A stretch of 64,000 bases of DNA from Calditrichia bacterium (GTDB taxonomy: Bacteria; Calditrichota; Calditrichia; Calditrichales; J004), in assembly GCA_026991535.1 (NCBI GenBank), contig JALXBH010000050.1, positions 14,380 to 78,379 of the forward strand. Direction: 5' to 3'. The position numbers and the translations under genes are program-made. Shown one piece after another: positions 9,398-18,711 of the stretch. Position 1 is the stretch's first letter. Each line of letters opens with the position of its first letter. The notes below the pieces were generated by a model that saw only the letters and a list, made by a program, of their open reading frames with translations, made no database searches and was not told the origin of the DNA.

Positions 9398-11602
9398 TTA
9401 TTTGAGCAGCAGCATCTGCTTGCCCTGGCGTCCGAAATCCGTTTCTATCCGGTAGTAATATACGCCGCTGGCCAGACCGGAGGCATCAAAGTTGATGCTG
9501 TGCGCGCCGGCGGGCTGCACGCCGTTTTGCAAAACGGCCACTCTTTTACCCAGCGTATTGAAAATCTCCAGCTTAACCATACTTTTTTGCGGCAAATTGT
9601 ACTCGATCACCGTGGCCGGGTTAAAAGGATTGGGGTAGTTTTGGGCCAGGCGAAACTGTTCCGGAGTCAGCAGCAGTTCTTCCAGTGCCGTTGGCGTGCC
9701 GGTCTGGATGCGGGCGCGGATGTTGATGTCGCCATAGGCGGAAATATCGTTATCATAGTTGACGCCGTCCGAGGACGAATAGGAACGGCCCGTGGGGGTG
9801 CTGTAGTCAAAGGAGATGCCATAGGCCTTATTGATGATCTTTACGGCCACGAAAAAGTCCTGCCCGGCGCTGACGTTCATGGTTTGCGGCAGGGCGACAT
9901 GATACCAGCCGTTTTGCGCCGCCGAATCGGTCACGGAGGTAATCAGGGTACCGGGGGAGGTACCGTCAAAACTGTCATAAACCAACACTTCATAGGGAAC
10001 GTTATTATCCCAAAAGCCGACGTCCACAATGGTCAGCTTGCCTGCTTCCGGAGCGGTAAATTTAACGCCAGCCCAAATATCCGCCGGAGAAGATGGTCCA
10101 TAGGCCCGGTTGATGCCCAATTCATCATAGCTGATGGCGTAACCGTAAAGCTGACGCGGCGTAAGGTCGGCGGTCATAATAGCGCCGGAAGCGCTGATAT
10201 TGCTAACCGCCATATTGGTGGCCTTACCGTCGTAGTCCTTGCTGTTGGGCGTGCTGTTGTTATCAAACACCGTGTTGTTGCTGCTTCCCGGGTAGGGGTC
10301 GCCGTCGTCACCGCGATTGACGCTGTTATCGAGGTCGGCGTTGCCGTCCGCCTCTTCCAGATCCACCATTTTATGGGTTTCATCGTTATTCACCGGTCCA
10401 CCGCTCCAACGGTCCTTGCCCCAGCCTCTGCTTTCATCGATGTGAAAAATAAGCAGTCCGCTACCGTTCAGATATTGATCAAACCCTGTCTTCTGCCGGT
10501 TTTCAATCAGCCAGTAGCGGTCAAACTCATAGCCGTCTTCCCACATCAGGTAAAGGGATTTATTGGTTTCGGCCCGCAGAATCTGCACATTGCTCTGGGG
10601 GGAGGTGATCACCGTGGGCGTAACCCAGCCCAACTGATACTTGCTCCAGCCGATCATGTGTGCCGGTTTTTCCGAATGGCTGCCATCGCCGCCCCAACTA
10701 CCGCCGGCCATCAGCCCCCATTCGCCAATTCCCTCGGAAGCCTCATAATCCGGCCCGTCGCCGGAGCCGGTGCGGTCGTATAAATCGGGCAGACCCAGCA
10801 CATGGCCGAACTCGTGGGTATAAACGCCGATTTCCCGGATAGTGCCGTTACCGTTGCCCCCGCCCGATTCCTCGGGGCAGATAAAGTAGGCGCTCACCTT
10901 TATGTTATTACCGTCCGCGCCAACGTCATTGGTAGTGTACGCGTTGCTTCCCAGGCTGCTCATGTGCGGCCAAAAGCTGTCGTTACCCGGCCACCAGTCG
11001 GCGCCCGCGCCGGCATAGACCACGGCCACGGCGTCCACATAGCCGTCATCGTCCCCGGAATTGGGGATGCCGTCGGGGCCGTCGTTATCATACAGCGCGT
11101 AATCGATGGAATCATCCGCCGCCTGTACCGACTCATAAACAAAGCCGGTTACATTTTGAGGAAAGGTGCCGCCGTAGCCGTTGTTGTCTCCGGCGTAATA
11201 GCTTAAATCCTGCCCCGTGTGTACCCAGCCGTAAACCGTTCCGCTTAAGTCAAACTGTCCGTAGGAGATTTCATCGTAATACTCGGTCATGGTACCGGTG
11301 GGGTTGTTGTCAAACAGGTGATCCTGAAAGGTGTTTGCGGAAAATTGTCCCGCCAGGTCGCTAAAGTCGGAAAGGATCACCGGCAGTTTAAATACATCAC
11401 TGTTCAACCCTTTTTTAAAGGATTGGCGGGCCTCCTTGCGGGCCGCCATGCGTTGGGCCCAGGCCGGATCGCCGTATTTGTCCTGCAGGATATTTTTTTC
11501 CATCAATTTCCAGAAATTGGCGGGAAAGGTACCCTTGTTGGGTGGGTTGACCGCCGGAGAAAAAGATACCAGCAGTAAAAGAAAAAGGGTTAAATGACGC
11601 AT
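9398..11602 (-). CDS. M6-family (immune inhibitor A-like) zinc metalloprotease with a T9SS C-terminal sorting domain
   Basis: Signal peptide, HEFGHVLGLPDLYD zinc site, and C-terminal NYPNPFNP...GVYYYRI...LLLK tail. Confidence 0.8.
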   Translation of the reverse strand: MRHLTLFLLLLVSFSPAVNPPNKGTFPANFWKLMEKNILQDKYGDPAWAQRMAARKEARQSFKKGLNSDVFKLPVILSDFSDLAGQFSANTFQDHLFDNNPTGTMTEYYDEISYGQFDLSGTVYGWVHTGQDLSYYAGDNNGYGGTFPQNVTGFVYESVQAADDSIDYALYDNDGPDGIPNSGDDDGYVDAVAVVYAGAGADWWPGNDSFWPHMSSLGSNAYTTNDVGADGNNIKVSAYFICPEESGGGNGNGTIREIGVYTHEFGHVLGLPDLYDRTGSGDGPDYEASEGIGEWGLMAGGSWGGDGSHSEKPAHMIGWSKYQLGWVTPTVITSPQSNVQILRAETNKSLYLMWEDGYEFDRYWLIENRQKTGFDQYLNGSGLLIFHIDESRGWGKDRWSGGPVNNDETHKMVDLEEADGNADLDNSVNRGDDGDPYPGSSNNTVFDNNSTPNSKDYDGKATNMAVSNISASGAIMTADLTPRQLYGYAISYDELGINRAYGPSSPADIWAGVKFTAPEAGKLTIVDVGFWDNNVPYEVLVYDSFDGTSPGTLITSVTDSAAQNGWYHVALPQTMNVSAGQDFFVAVKIINKAYGISFDYSTPTGRSYSSSDGVNYDNDISAYGDINIRARIQTGTPTALEELLLTPEQFRLAQNYPNPFNPATVIEYNLPQKSMVKLEIFNTLGKRVAVLQNGVQPAGAHSINFDASGLASGVYYYRIETDFGRQGKQMLLLK

Positions 11603-11655
11603 GACGCACTCCTTTAAAATGTCCGTTTTTATTTTAGGGGATAAATTCGCTGTCT

Positions 11656-12090
11656 CTATTGTGCCGGGGTAAAATCCATAATCAGCGCCCGGGCCGGTTT
11701 TTTAAATTGTTTCCAGTACAGGTTCATCTCAAGCACGGTTCCGGGAGCCATTTCCCGAAGGCCGAGCATTTTTTTGTTGGCCGGCATGTCCATATCCAGC
11801 GCCTGGCCTTCCCGTCGTATAAAGTTTGGGAAGCACTCCACCAGCCGGCTGGTATCATCCAGGGTGCGCACCAGCAGGCTAAAGCGGTTGTCCGCAAGCC
11901 TTTTAACTTCTTCCACCTTTACCTTTACCGTTTCTTTTTTTTCCATGGAAACCGGTGAAGATTGAGCGGAAGCGGCGGGTTTTGTTTCCGTCTGCCGGGA
12001 CGAACAGGAAAGAGCCAAAAAAATTAATAGTACACCAAATAGAGAGACGCGCATAACTTTCTCCGTTTTTTTATTAAGTGTTCGTAGCAA
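11656..12090 (-). CDS. Hypothetical lipoprotein
   Basis: 144-aa ORF with lipobox (LALSCS). No recognised family. Confidence 0.45.
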   Translation of the reverse strand: MLRTLNKKTEKVMRVSLFGVLLIFLALSCSSRQTETKPAASAQSSPVSMEKKETVKVKVEEVKRLADNRFSLLVRTLDDTSRLVECFPNFIRREGQALDMDMPANKKMLGLREMAPGTVLEMNLYWKQFKKPARALIMDFTPAQ

Positions 12091-12254
12091 AAAGTCATCA
12101 ATTTAGTTGTTAAGGGCGATATTTCCGTGATAGCTGGCACGATGTGGCAAAATATACCGTTTATTTACAGAAATGAAATTTTCAACAAATAAAAGGCCTT
12201 TCCGTTATAAGTCATAAAACGCCGGCATACGACGCCCTGAAATATGTTCGGCGC

Positions 12255-13538
12255 CTAAACGCCCATTACCCGCACCAGCCACAGGCTCAGGTCGGGCCAG
12301 TAGGTGATAATCACCAGACTGACCAGCAGAATGATCAAAAAGGGGATGGTGGCCTTGTACAGCTTCATCACCGGTTGTTCAAAACGCATGGAGGCGATAA
12401 ACAGATTCATACCCACGGGCGGGGTGGAGTATCCGATGCCCAGATTGGCCAGAAAGATGATGCCCAGATGCACGGGGTCTATATTAAACTGGGCGGCGAT
12501 GGGAATGACCAGCGGGGCTACCACCATAATGGCCGAAAAGATATCCATCATGGCGCCAACCACCAGCAAAAAGAGATTGAGAACGATTAAAAATTCGAAG
12601 GGGGAATCCACATAGCCGCGCATGGCTTCCAGAATGGCCGAGGGAATTTCGGCGTCTATCAGATAATTGGCCAGACCGAGCGCCGCGGCCAGAATTACCA
12701 GGATGCCGCCCACCATAATCATGCTCTCCCGGGCCACGCGCAACAGGTCTTTTTTTAGAGAGATGTCCCGGTAGATAAAGACTTCGATGATCAGCACATA
12801 AAAAGCGGTAACGGCCGCCGCTTCCGTGGCGGTAAAAAATCCGCCATAGATGCCGCCGAGAATGATAAAGGGCAGGGGAATTTCCCAGATAGCCTCGCGG
12901 GTGCTTTGCCACAGGCGTTTTTTATCAAAGGCCAGGCTTTTCATACCCACGCCCTGCCGCCGCGCCGACCATACACTGTACACGGAAAGCAGACCCACCA
13001 TAAGAATTCCGGGCAGGATACCGGCGGTAAACAGTTGATCGATACTGGTAGAAGAAACCAGTCCGTATAAAATTATAGGCAGGCTGGGCGGAAAGAGCAG
13101 GCCGAGGTTGCCCGAGGCGGTGAGCATGCCCAGGCTGAATTTTTCCGAATAGTTATCGTCCAGCAGGGCCGGCAGCAACAGACCGCCCAGGGCCACGATG
13201 GTAACCCCCGAGGCACCGGTAAAGGCGGTAAACACCGCGCAGGAAAGCAGGGTGACGATGGCCAGGCTGCCCGGCATCCAGCCCATCAGCGCCCGGGAAA
13301 AGTTGACCAGACGCTGCGGCGTTTTGCTTTCGGCCAGCATATAACCGGCAAAGGTAAACAAAGGGATAGCCAGCAGAACCGGTTGCGAGGCCAGGCGATA
13401 TAGCTCGATGATGACCGCCGAGCTGTCGATATCGGCGCTGAAGAAGGCCATCAGGGCAATGGCCGAGATGATGACAAACAGGGGTGTGCCGAACAGGGCC
13501 AGCACGGTCAGGGCCAGGGCGATCAATAACACTTCCAT
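12255..13538 (-). CDS. dctM: TRAP transporter large permease subunit
   Basis: 427-aa polytopic protein with DctM-like sequence throughout. Shares 1 nt with the dctQ stop. Confidence 0.85.
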   Translation of the reverse strand: MEVLLIALALTVLALFGTPLFVIISAIALMAFFSADIDSSAVIIELYRLASQPVLLAIPLFTFAGYMLAESKTPQRLVNFSRALMGWMPGSLAIVTLLSCAVFTAFTGASGVTIVALGGLLLPALLDDNYSEKFSLGMLTASGNLGLLFPPSLPIILYGLVSSTSIDQLFTAGILPGILMVGLLSVYSVWSARRQGVGMKSLAFDKKRLWQSTREAIWEIPLPFIILGGIYGGFFTATEAAAVTAFYVLIIEVFIYRDISLKKDLLRVARESMIMVGGILVILAAALGLANYLIDAEIPSAILEAMRGYVDSPFEFLIVLNLFLLVVGAMMDIFSAIMVVAPLVIPIAAQFNIDPVHLGIIFLANLGIGYSTPPVGMNLFIASMRFEQPVMKLYKATIPFLIILLVSLVIITYWPDLSLWLVRVMGV

Positions 13539-14035
13539 CAGGCCGCCGTCCCTTCCGGCCGCCGTGCCTCCACAATGCGCGTCAGGGCGGAGATGATAAA
13601 GCGGATAAGAATAAGGCCAAACCCGATGGGGATGATGATCTGGAAATACCAGGAGGGTATATCGTTAAAAACAATGGAGTTATACTCCTTTTCTTCCAGC
13701 ACAAAGGTGATGGCGGCCCGCAAAAGGTACCAGCTTACTCCCGCTGAGAAAAGATCGATAAAGGCCATAACGTAATTTTTTAGCGGCTTTTTCAGGTAGC
13801 GGGCAAAAACGTCTACATTGATATGCTTACCGTCACGGGTGGCCAGTGATGCGCCGATAAAACCGACCCATAAAACCAGATGGCGCAAAAATATGTCGCC
13901 CCATAAAATGCCTTTGTCAAAAAAACGTAAGATAACCTGCAGAAAAGCACCGAAAACCATCAGCAAAATGATGGTCAGCAGCAAGGCTCCCTCCAGCCCG
14001 GCCACGGCGTCATTGATTTTTTTGATGATCCTCAT
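13538..14035 (-). CDS. dctQ: TRAP transporter small permease subunit
   Basis: Four-TM DctQ-like protein. I chose the start at 14035 (MRIIKK) because a GGAGGGAG Shine-Dalgarno lies just upstream. The track ORF extends to 14080. Confidence 0.7.
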   Translation of the reverse strand: MRIIKKINDAVAGLEGALLLTIILLMVFGAFLQVILRFFDKGILWGDIFLRHLVLWVGFIGASLATRDGKHINVDVFARYLKKPLKNYVMAFIDLFSAGVSWYLLRAAITFVLEEKEYNSIVFNDIPSWYFQIIIPIGFGLILIRFIISALTRIVEARRPEGTAA

Positions 14036-14232
14036 CCTTACTCCCTCCGGCCTCGAAGGCAGGAAATCGTTTAAAGCCATATAACCCGCCCTGCCTTAAG
14101 CGGCTTTTTTGGCATGAAAGTCTGAAAGATATTGCAGCGGAGCTTTTAATACAAATGATACGTCTCACCTTTGAATGCAATCTTTTGATGACGTAGATTG
14201 CCGCTGTCACCACCCTGATTATAGGAAACCGT

Positions 14233-15552
14233 ATGATTCCGGGAATATTATACCGCCAACCCCGTCGACTTTGGCAAACCCTGCGTCCGCGACACAAACT
14301 GGAAGCCTTGTTCCTGGCCCTGGTTCTTTTGGCCGTGCCGGCCACGCGCGCCCATGCCCTTTTCGGTCAATGGCTGACTGCGGGCATGGACAGCGGCCGG
14401 CTGCTCTTTTTGATCTTGTGGAGTTTCCTCACCCTGTGGGTGTTCAGCCAATGGCCGGTTTTTCATTTTTTGGCGGGTCGGCAAAAAGTGGTTGCCCTTA
14501 CTGCAACCGCGCCGGCCACGCCCCGGCAGGCCCGGCAGATTCTTTTTTTTGTTAGTCTGAAATATCAATGGGTCCTTATTTTGCTTTTCGTCCCACTATG
14601 GGCGGCCTTTTGGGCCCATGCCCCGGCCAGGGGTCTGCTGTTGGCGGTGTTGGCCACCATAGGCGCCGCCCTGACCTGGCGTTCGGTTTTATATCTCTAT
14701 CTGCAATGGCAACCCGCACCCTGGTGGATTCCCTGGTTGACGGCGTTTATCCTTATGACCGCCGGTTTTTATGCCTATTTTTTACAATGGGAGGTCTTCT
14801 TCCTGGCTTTTTTTTTATTGGCTACCGCCCTGTATGTTTATTTTCACCGCTCCGCGGAAATAGACATGCTGGCCTTTTCCACCCCTGTCCGGCGCATCCC
14901 GGAGGCCGCGCAACGTTATGCGCGGGCTCAAAAGATGAAAATGCGTCCCGCTCCCCGGGGACCCCTGCGGTCCTGGATATTCAAGGAACGTCTGGCCCGG
15001 GAGCGGCATCGTGCTTTTCGCCTTTGGCGGCGGATTATGTTTTTATGGACGGCGGTAAGCTTTTTTGCCCTGGCTTTGAGTGCGCTTGCCGAGAGAAACC
15101 TGATTATCTTCGGCCTGTCGCTTTTATATGTGTGGGTTTATTTTGGCGCCGGGTTTAATGAAAAGTACCGCGACCCGGAACTTCCCTGGCTGATACAGGG
15201 GACGCCCCTGCGCCTGCGCGATTGGTGGCTGGCCCGTCTTTGGGTGGAAGGGGGCGACGCCCTGTGGGGACTGCTCCTGGCTGTCGGCGCCTGGCTGGCC
15301 GGTGGTCTTCCGGTGGACTTATTGTATATCTATACCGCTACCCTGATTGTTCTGTGGCTCATTTTTTTCGCCGCCGTGGTTAACTTTCAAATCATGTTTT
15401 ATGACAATGTACGCATGGCCGGTTATGCCTTTCATTTTACCATGCTGCTGCTGGGCATCATGATTTTTAACTATCGTTTGGTGGGGCCGTTGATCGCCCT
15501 GGCTTTAATGTTGTTTTTTAGCTATAAAAACTATAAATATATAAACAGATGA
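14233..15552 (+). CDS. Polytopic membrane protein of unknown family (putative permease partner of the downstream ABC ATPase)
   Basis: 439 aa with many hydrophobic segments. An ATGA stop/start overlap links it to the ABC ATPase gene. Confidence 0.55.
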   Translation: MIPGILYRQPRRLWQTLRPRHKLEALFLALVLLAVPATRAHALFGQWLTAGMDSGRLLFLILWSFLTLWVFSQWPVFHFLAGRQKVVALTATAPATPRQARQILFFVSLKYQWVLILLFVPLWAAFWAHAPARGLLLAVLATIGAALTWRSVLYLYLQWQPAPWWIPWLTAFILMTAGFYAYFLQWEVFFLAFFLLATALYVYFHRSAEIDMLAFSTPVRRIPEAAQRYARAQKMKMRPAPRGPLRSWIFKERLARERHRAFRLWRRIMFLWTAVSFFALALSALAERNLIIFGLSLLYVWVYFGAGFNEKYRDPELPWLIQGTPLRLRDWWLARLWVEGGDALWGLLLAVGAWLAGGLPVDLLYIYTATLIVLWLIFFAAVVNFQIMFYDNVRMAGYAFHFTMLLLGIMIFNYRLVGPLIALALMLFFSYKNYKYINR

Positions 15553-16193
15553 TCACGATAGAAAACCTTTCGGTTTATTACGATAATATTCAGGCGTTGA
15601 ACGGCTTATCATTACACTGGCCCCCGGGCAGGTTTGTCGGGCTGCACGGGGCAAACGGCGCGGGCAAAAGTACACTGCTCAAGGTGTGTTCGGGTATCAT
15701 CCGCCGCTATGAAGGCCGGGTTTTGTTCAGGAAGCGCCCCGCCGGTGAAAATCTTTTTAGTCTAAGGCAACAAACCTATTATGTACCGGAGAACGCGGAT
15801 ATCCTGCCCTATATGAGCGGCAGGGAGTTTTTGCAGATGATCCGCGCCCTCTATGGCCAACCGGCGGCAGAGGAGCATCTGGAGTATCTTTTAACCTTAA
15901 GCGGATTAAGGGAAAAGGCGGATGATCCGGGCCATACCTATTCGCATGGCATGCGTCAAAAACTATTTATCGCCGCCGCCCTGATTTCCGGCGCGGGGTG
16001 CCTGTTTTTAGACGAAGCCTTTAACGGTGTGGATCAGGAAAGCACGGAAGCGCTGCTAAGCCATATCCGCGATGATTTTTTAAATCCCGATCGTCTGGTG
16101 GTGATCAGCTCTCATCAAAAAAGTTTTTTGGAAAAATGGCAGGACACAGCTTTTAAAATGAAAAACGGACAACAGGAGCAGGGCAGACAATAA
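15549..16193 (+). CDS. ABC transporter ATP-binding protein
   Basis: Walker A GANGAGKST, signature-like YSHGMRQK, Walker B LFLDEAFNGVD. Confidence 0.85.
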   Translation: MITIENLSVYYDNIQALNGLSLHWPPGRFVGLHGANGAGKSTLLKVCSGIIRRYEGRVLFRKRPAGENLFSLRQQTYYVPENADILPYMSGREFLQMIRALYGQPAAEEHLEYLLTLSGLREKADDPGHTYSHGMRQKLFIAAALISGAGCLFLDEAFNGVDQESTEALLSHIRDDFLNPDRLVVISSHQKSFLEKWQDTAFKMKNGQQEQGRQ

Positions 16194-17191
16194 TGACGGA
16201 GGCCACATTTATCAAACGTAACCGTTCCTTTTGGAAAGAGGCGGAAGAAATGCTTAACTCCAACCGGGAAATGGATGTGGAGACCCTGAGCACCCTCTAT
16301 ATACGTCTTACGGATGATCTCTCCTGGGCGCGCACCTACTATGCGGAAAGCACTCTGTGCGGCTTTCTGAACAATCTGGTAAGCAGGACCCATCAGCAAT
16401 TATACCGCAGCCGCCAGCACAACACCGCCCGCCTGATCCGTTTTTGGAAACGGGATGTGCCCCTGCTTTTTTTTCGCTATCGCGCCTATTTTGCCCTTTC
16501 CCTGTTGATTACCGCCCTGGCCACGGGCATCGGCTGGCTTTCCGCCGCCAATGACGACGGCTTTGTTCGGCTGATTTTAGGTGACGCCTATGTTAACATG
16601 ACCCTGGAGAACATCGAAAACAACGATCCCATGGCCGTTTATAAAAAGATGAATGAAACCGATATGTTTCTGGGCATAACCATCAATAATATCCGCGTTT
16701 CGTTATTTGCCTTTGTTTTCGGTCTTTTTTTCAGCGTGGGCAGCGCCTATATTCTGTTTAGCAACGGCATCATGCTGGGTGCCTTTCATTACCTGTTTTA
16801 TGCCGCGGATATGCTGGTGCCGGCCCTGCGCACCATCTGGATACACGGCATTATAGAGATTAGCGCCATCATCATCGCCGGGGGAGCGGGCTTGCTTTTG
16901 GGTTCGGGGTTTCTTTTTCCCGGCAGCCATACCCGCCTGCATTCCTTTAAACGGGCCGTGCGCGACGGTATGAAAATTACCATCGGGCTGATTCCCTTTT
17001 TTATCATTGCCGGCTTTCTGGAAAGTTTTGTTACCCGTCATACGGAAATGCCCCCGGCCCTGAACGCGGTCATTCTGGCCCTTTCGGCGGCTTTCATCTT
17101 TTATTATGTTTATTATTATCCGGGATATGTTCATAAACACCTAACGAGGAGGAGCCATGGAACAAACAACACAACTGCAAAAGGCGCGTAA
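16193..17191 (+). CDS. SpoIIM-like (DUF95) integral membrane protein
   Basis: The soluble N-terminus followed by a multi-TM C-terminal half resembles the stage II sporulation protein M family. The assignment rests on recall of family architecture and on gene context. Confidence 0.6.
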   Translation: MTEATFIKRNRSFWKEAEEMLNSNREMDVETLSTLYIRLTDDLSWARTYYAESTLCGFLNNLVSRTHQQLYRSRQHNTARLIRFWKRDVPLLFFRYRAYFALSLLITALATGIGWLSAANDDGFVRLILGDAYVNMTLENIENNDPMAVYKKMNETDMFLGITINNIRVSLFAFVFGLFFSVGSAYILFSNGIMLGAFHYLFYAADMLVPALRTIWIHGIIEISAIIIAGGAGLLLGSGFLFPGSHTRLHSFKRAVRDGMKITIGLIPFFIIAGFLESFVTRHTEMPPALNAVILALSAAFIFYYVYYYPGYVHKHLTRRSHGTNNTTAKGA

Positions 17192-18014
17192 CATAAGCGA
17201 AACGCTTAACGCCGCATTCTCATTTTTAAGGGAACAGTTTATTCCCCTGGCCAAGAACCTTTTATATGTGGCCGGACCGCTGATTATTCTTTCCGCGCTG
17301 CTCAACTATTTCTTTTTCAGTAAAATTTTTGGCGCCATGGTATCCAATCCTTCCGATCCCGCCACGACCTTTAATCTTATGTTTTCTCCCCAGTATCTGT
17401 TATTGATGTTTACACAGGTATTGGTGACCACGGTTATAGCTCTGATTGTCAATTTTTATGTACTCGACTATGTTGAAGGCACCGGCCCCACCAGCGTGGC
17501 CCGCATGTGGCAACTGGTGCTGAACAAGACGCCGATCTTTTTGGTGTACAACATAGTTATCTTTTTCCTGATGATGCTGGGTATGATGTTTTTTGTGTTG
17601 CCCGGTATCTATTTGGCCATTGCCCTTGTGTTGTTTATACCGGCGGCTATTCAGGAAAACCTGGGTTTGGGCGCGGCCATAAAGCGCAGCATCCACCTTA
17701 TCAAAAATTACTGGTGGTTTACACTGGGACTGATGCTCCTTTCCATCATTATTCTCTATATTGTCTATGTCGTAATAGAGCTGCCGTTTATGCTTTTGGG
17801 CGTTGGCGCGGTATTTTCCGCCGGTTCGCCGTTTTCCATGGAAGAATTTGGGAATATGTACGGCATCTATGTCGCCTTTGCCCAACTTAGCATGCTGATC
17901 TACGCCTTTATTTTTCTGGTGGAAACCGTCCATTTTTACAGCCAGCGTGAGAAAAAGGAAGCCAGTGGGTTGAGCGGGCAAATTGCCGAACTGGAATCCC
18001 CGGTGACGGAGTAG
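17157..18014 (+). CDS. Integral membrane protein, unknown family
   Basis: 285 aa, multi-TM. Strong AGGAGGAG Shine-Dalgarno before the ATG. Overlaps the upstream gene by 35 nt. Confidence 0.5.
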   Translation: MEQTTQLQKARNISETLNAAFSFLREQFIPLAKNLLYVAGPLIILSALLNYFFFSKIFGAMVSNPSDPATTFNLMFSPQYLLLMFTQVLVTTVIALIVNFYVLDYVEGTGPTSVARMWQLVLNKTPIFLVYNIVIFFLMMLGMMFFVLPGIYLAIALVLFIPAAIQENLGLGAAIKRSIHLIKNYWWFTLGLMLLSIIILYIVYVVIELPFMLLGVGAVFSAGSPFSMEEFGNMYGIYVAFAQLSMLIYAFIFLVETVHFYSQREKKEASGLSGQIAELESPVTE

Positions 18015-18015
18015 C

Positions 18016-18711
18016 ATGCCCAGGGGAATACTTATAGTCGCCCTTTTTGCCTTGATTATCTTCCCGCGAGCGGCTTTCGCCGGGGCAGAGCGGCATATAA
18101 ACAAAGCCTTTATCGACTCCCTGCGTCAGGAACGGCAGTCAGACTACCGCGAGCCCCAATCGCCCCTGGAACAGCTTTTTTCAAGGATTTGGGCCGAGGG
18201 CATGGAATGGCTTTCCAGGCATATTTTTAAAAAAGCAACCCGCGCCTTTTGGGAAGGAATGGGTTACCTGATTGCCATTCTTTTTTTGCTCTATCTGGTG
18301 CATATGGCGCTCAGCGGCCGTTTCCGCGCCCCCTTGCGCTATGAGCCGGGGATGGCCGGGGCGCCCCCGCTATCCGCCGAAAATCCGGAAACCATCGATC
18401 CCGAACGGATTGAGACCCTGCTGCAACAGGCCGTGGAACAGGGCAACTGGCCCCTGGCCGCTCATTTCCTGTATCTGCGCCTGCTTAAGGCTTTTATACG
18501 GCACAGCCTGATTAACTGGCAGGCCTCTAAAACCAACCATGACTATATCCGCGAGCTGGGCCCCGGTCCCCTGAGGGAACGTTTCCGCGGCGTAACGCAC
18601 CGTTTTGAGATGGTTTGGTATGGGGCGCGACCCCTGGACAGGGAAAGCTTTGGCGCGTTTCGGGATGAGTGTGCATGGCTGGAAAAGCACATGGAGAGGG
18701 CGCATGTTTAA
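18016..18711 (+). CDS. DUF4129-like membrane-anchored protein
   Basis: Signal/TM segments and a C-terminal helical region (WQASKTNHDYIRELG...RFEMVWYGARP) typical of DUF4129 proteins encoded next to MoxR. Confidence 0.55.
   Translation: MPRGILIVALFALIIFPRAAFAGAERHINKAFIDSLRQERQSDYREPQSPLEQLFSRIWAEGMEWLSRHIFKKATRAFWEGMGYLIAILFLLYLVHMALSGRFRAPLRYEPGMAGAPPLSAENPETIDPERIETLLQQAVEQGNWPLAAHFLYLRLLKAFIRHSLINWQASKTNHDYIRELGPGPLRERFRGVTHRFEMVWYGARPLDRESFGAFRDECAWLEKHMERAHV

Noticed and set aside
12135-12150. TGGCACGATGTGGCAA, a sigma-54-like -24 element
   Set aside because: The -12 GC is displaced by one position. A plus-strand promoter here would only transcribe antisense to dctM.
14107-14125. TGGCATGAAAGTCTGA in the dctQ/permease divergent region
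   Set aside because: It has a -24-like TGGCA but no TTGC-type -12 element at the correct spacing.
18605-18703. Upstream extension of the DUF4350-like ORF (track start 18605). The same applies to the track starts 30313 (hisB), 42275 (arsC family), 55828 (SSF), 57847 (esterase) and 3634 (glmS).
   Set aside because: The extensions overlap upstream genes or lack signal or start-codon context. Internal ATGs give canonical N-termini (signal peptide, DxDGT, CDT motif, SSF TM1, lipobox, Cys2).
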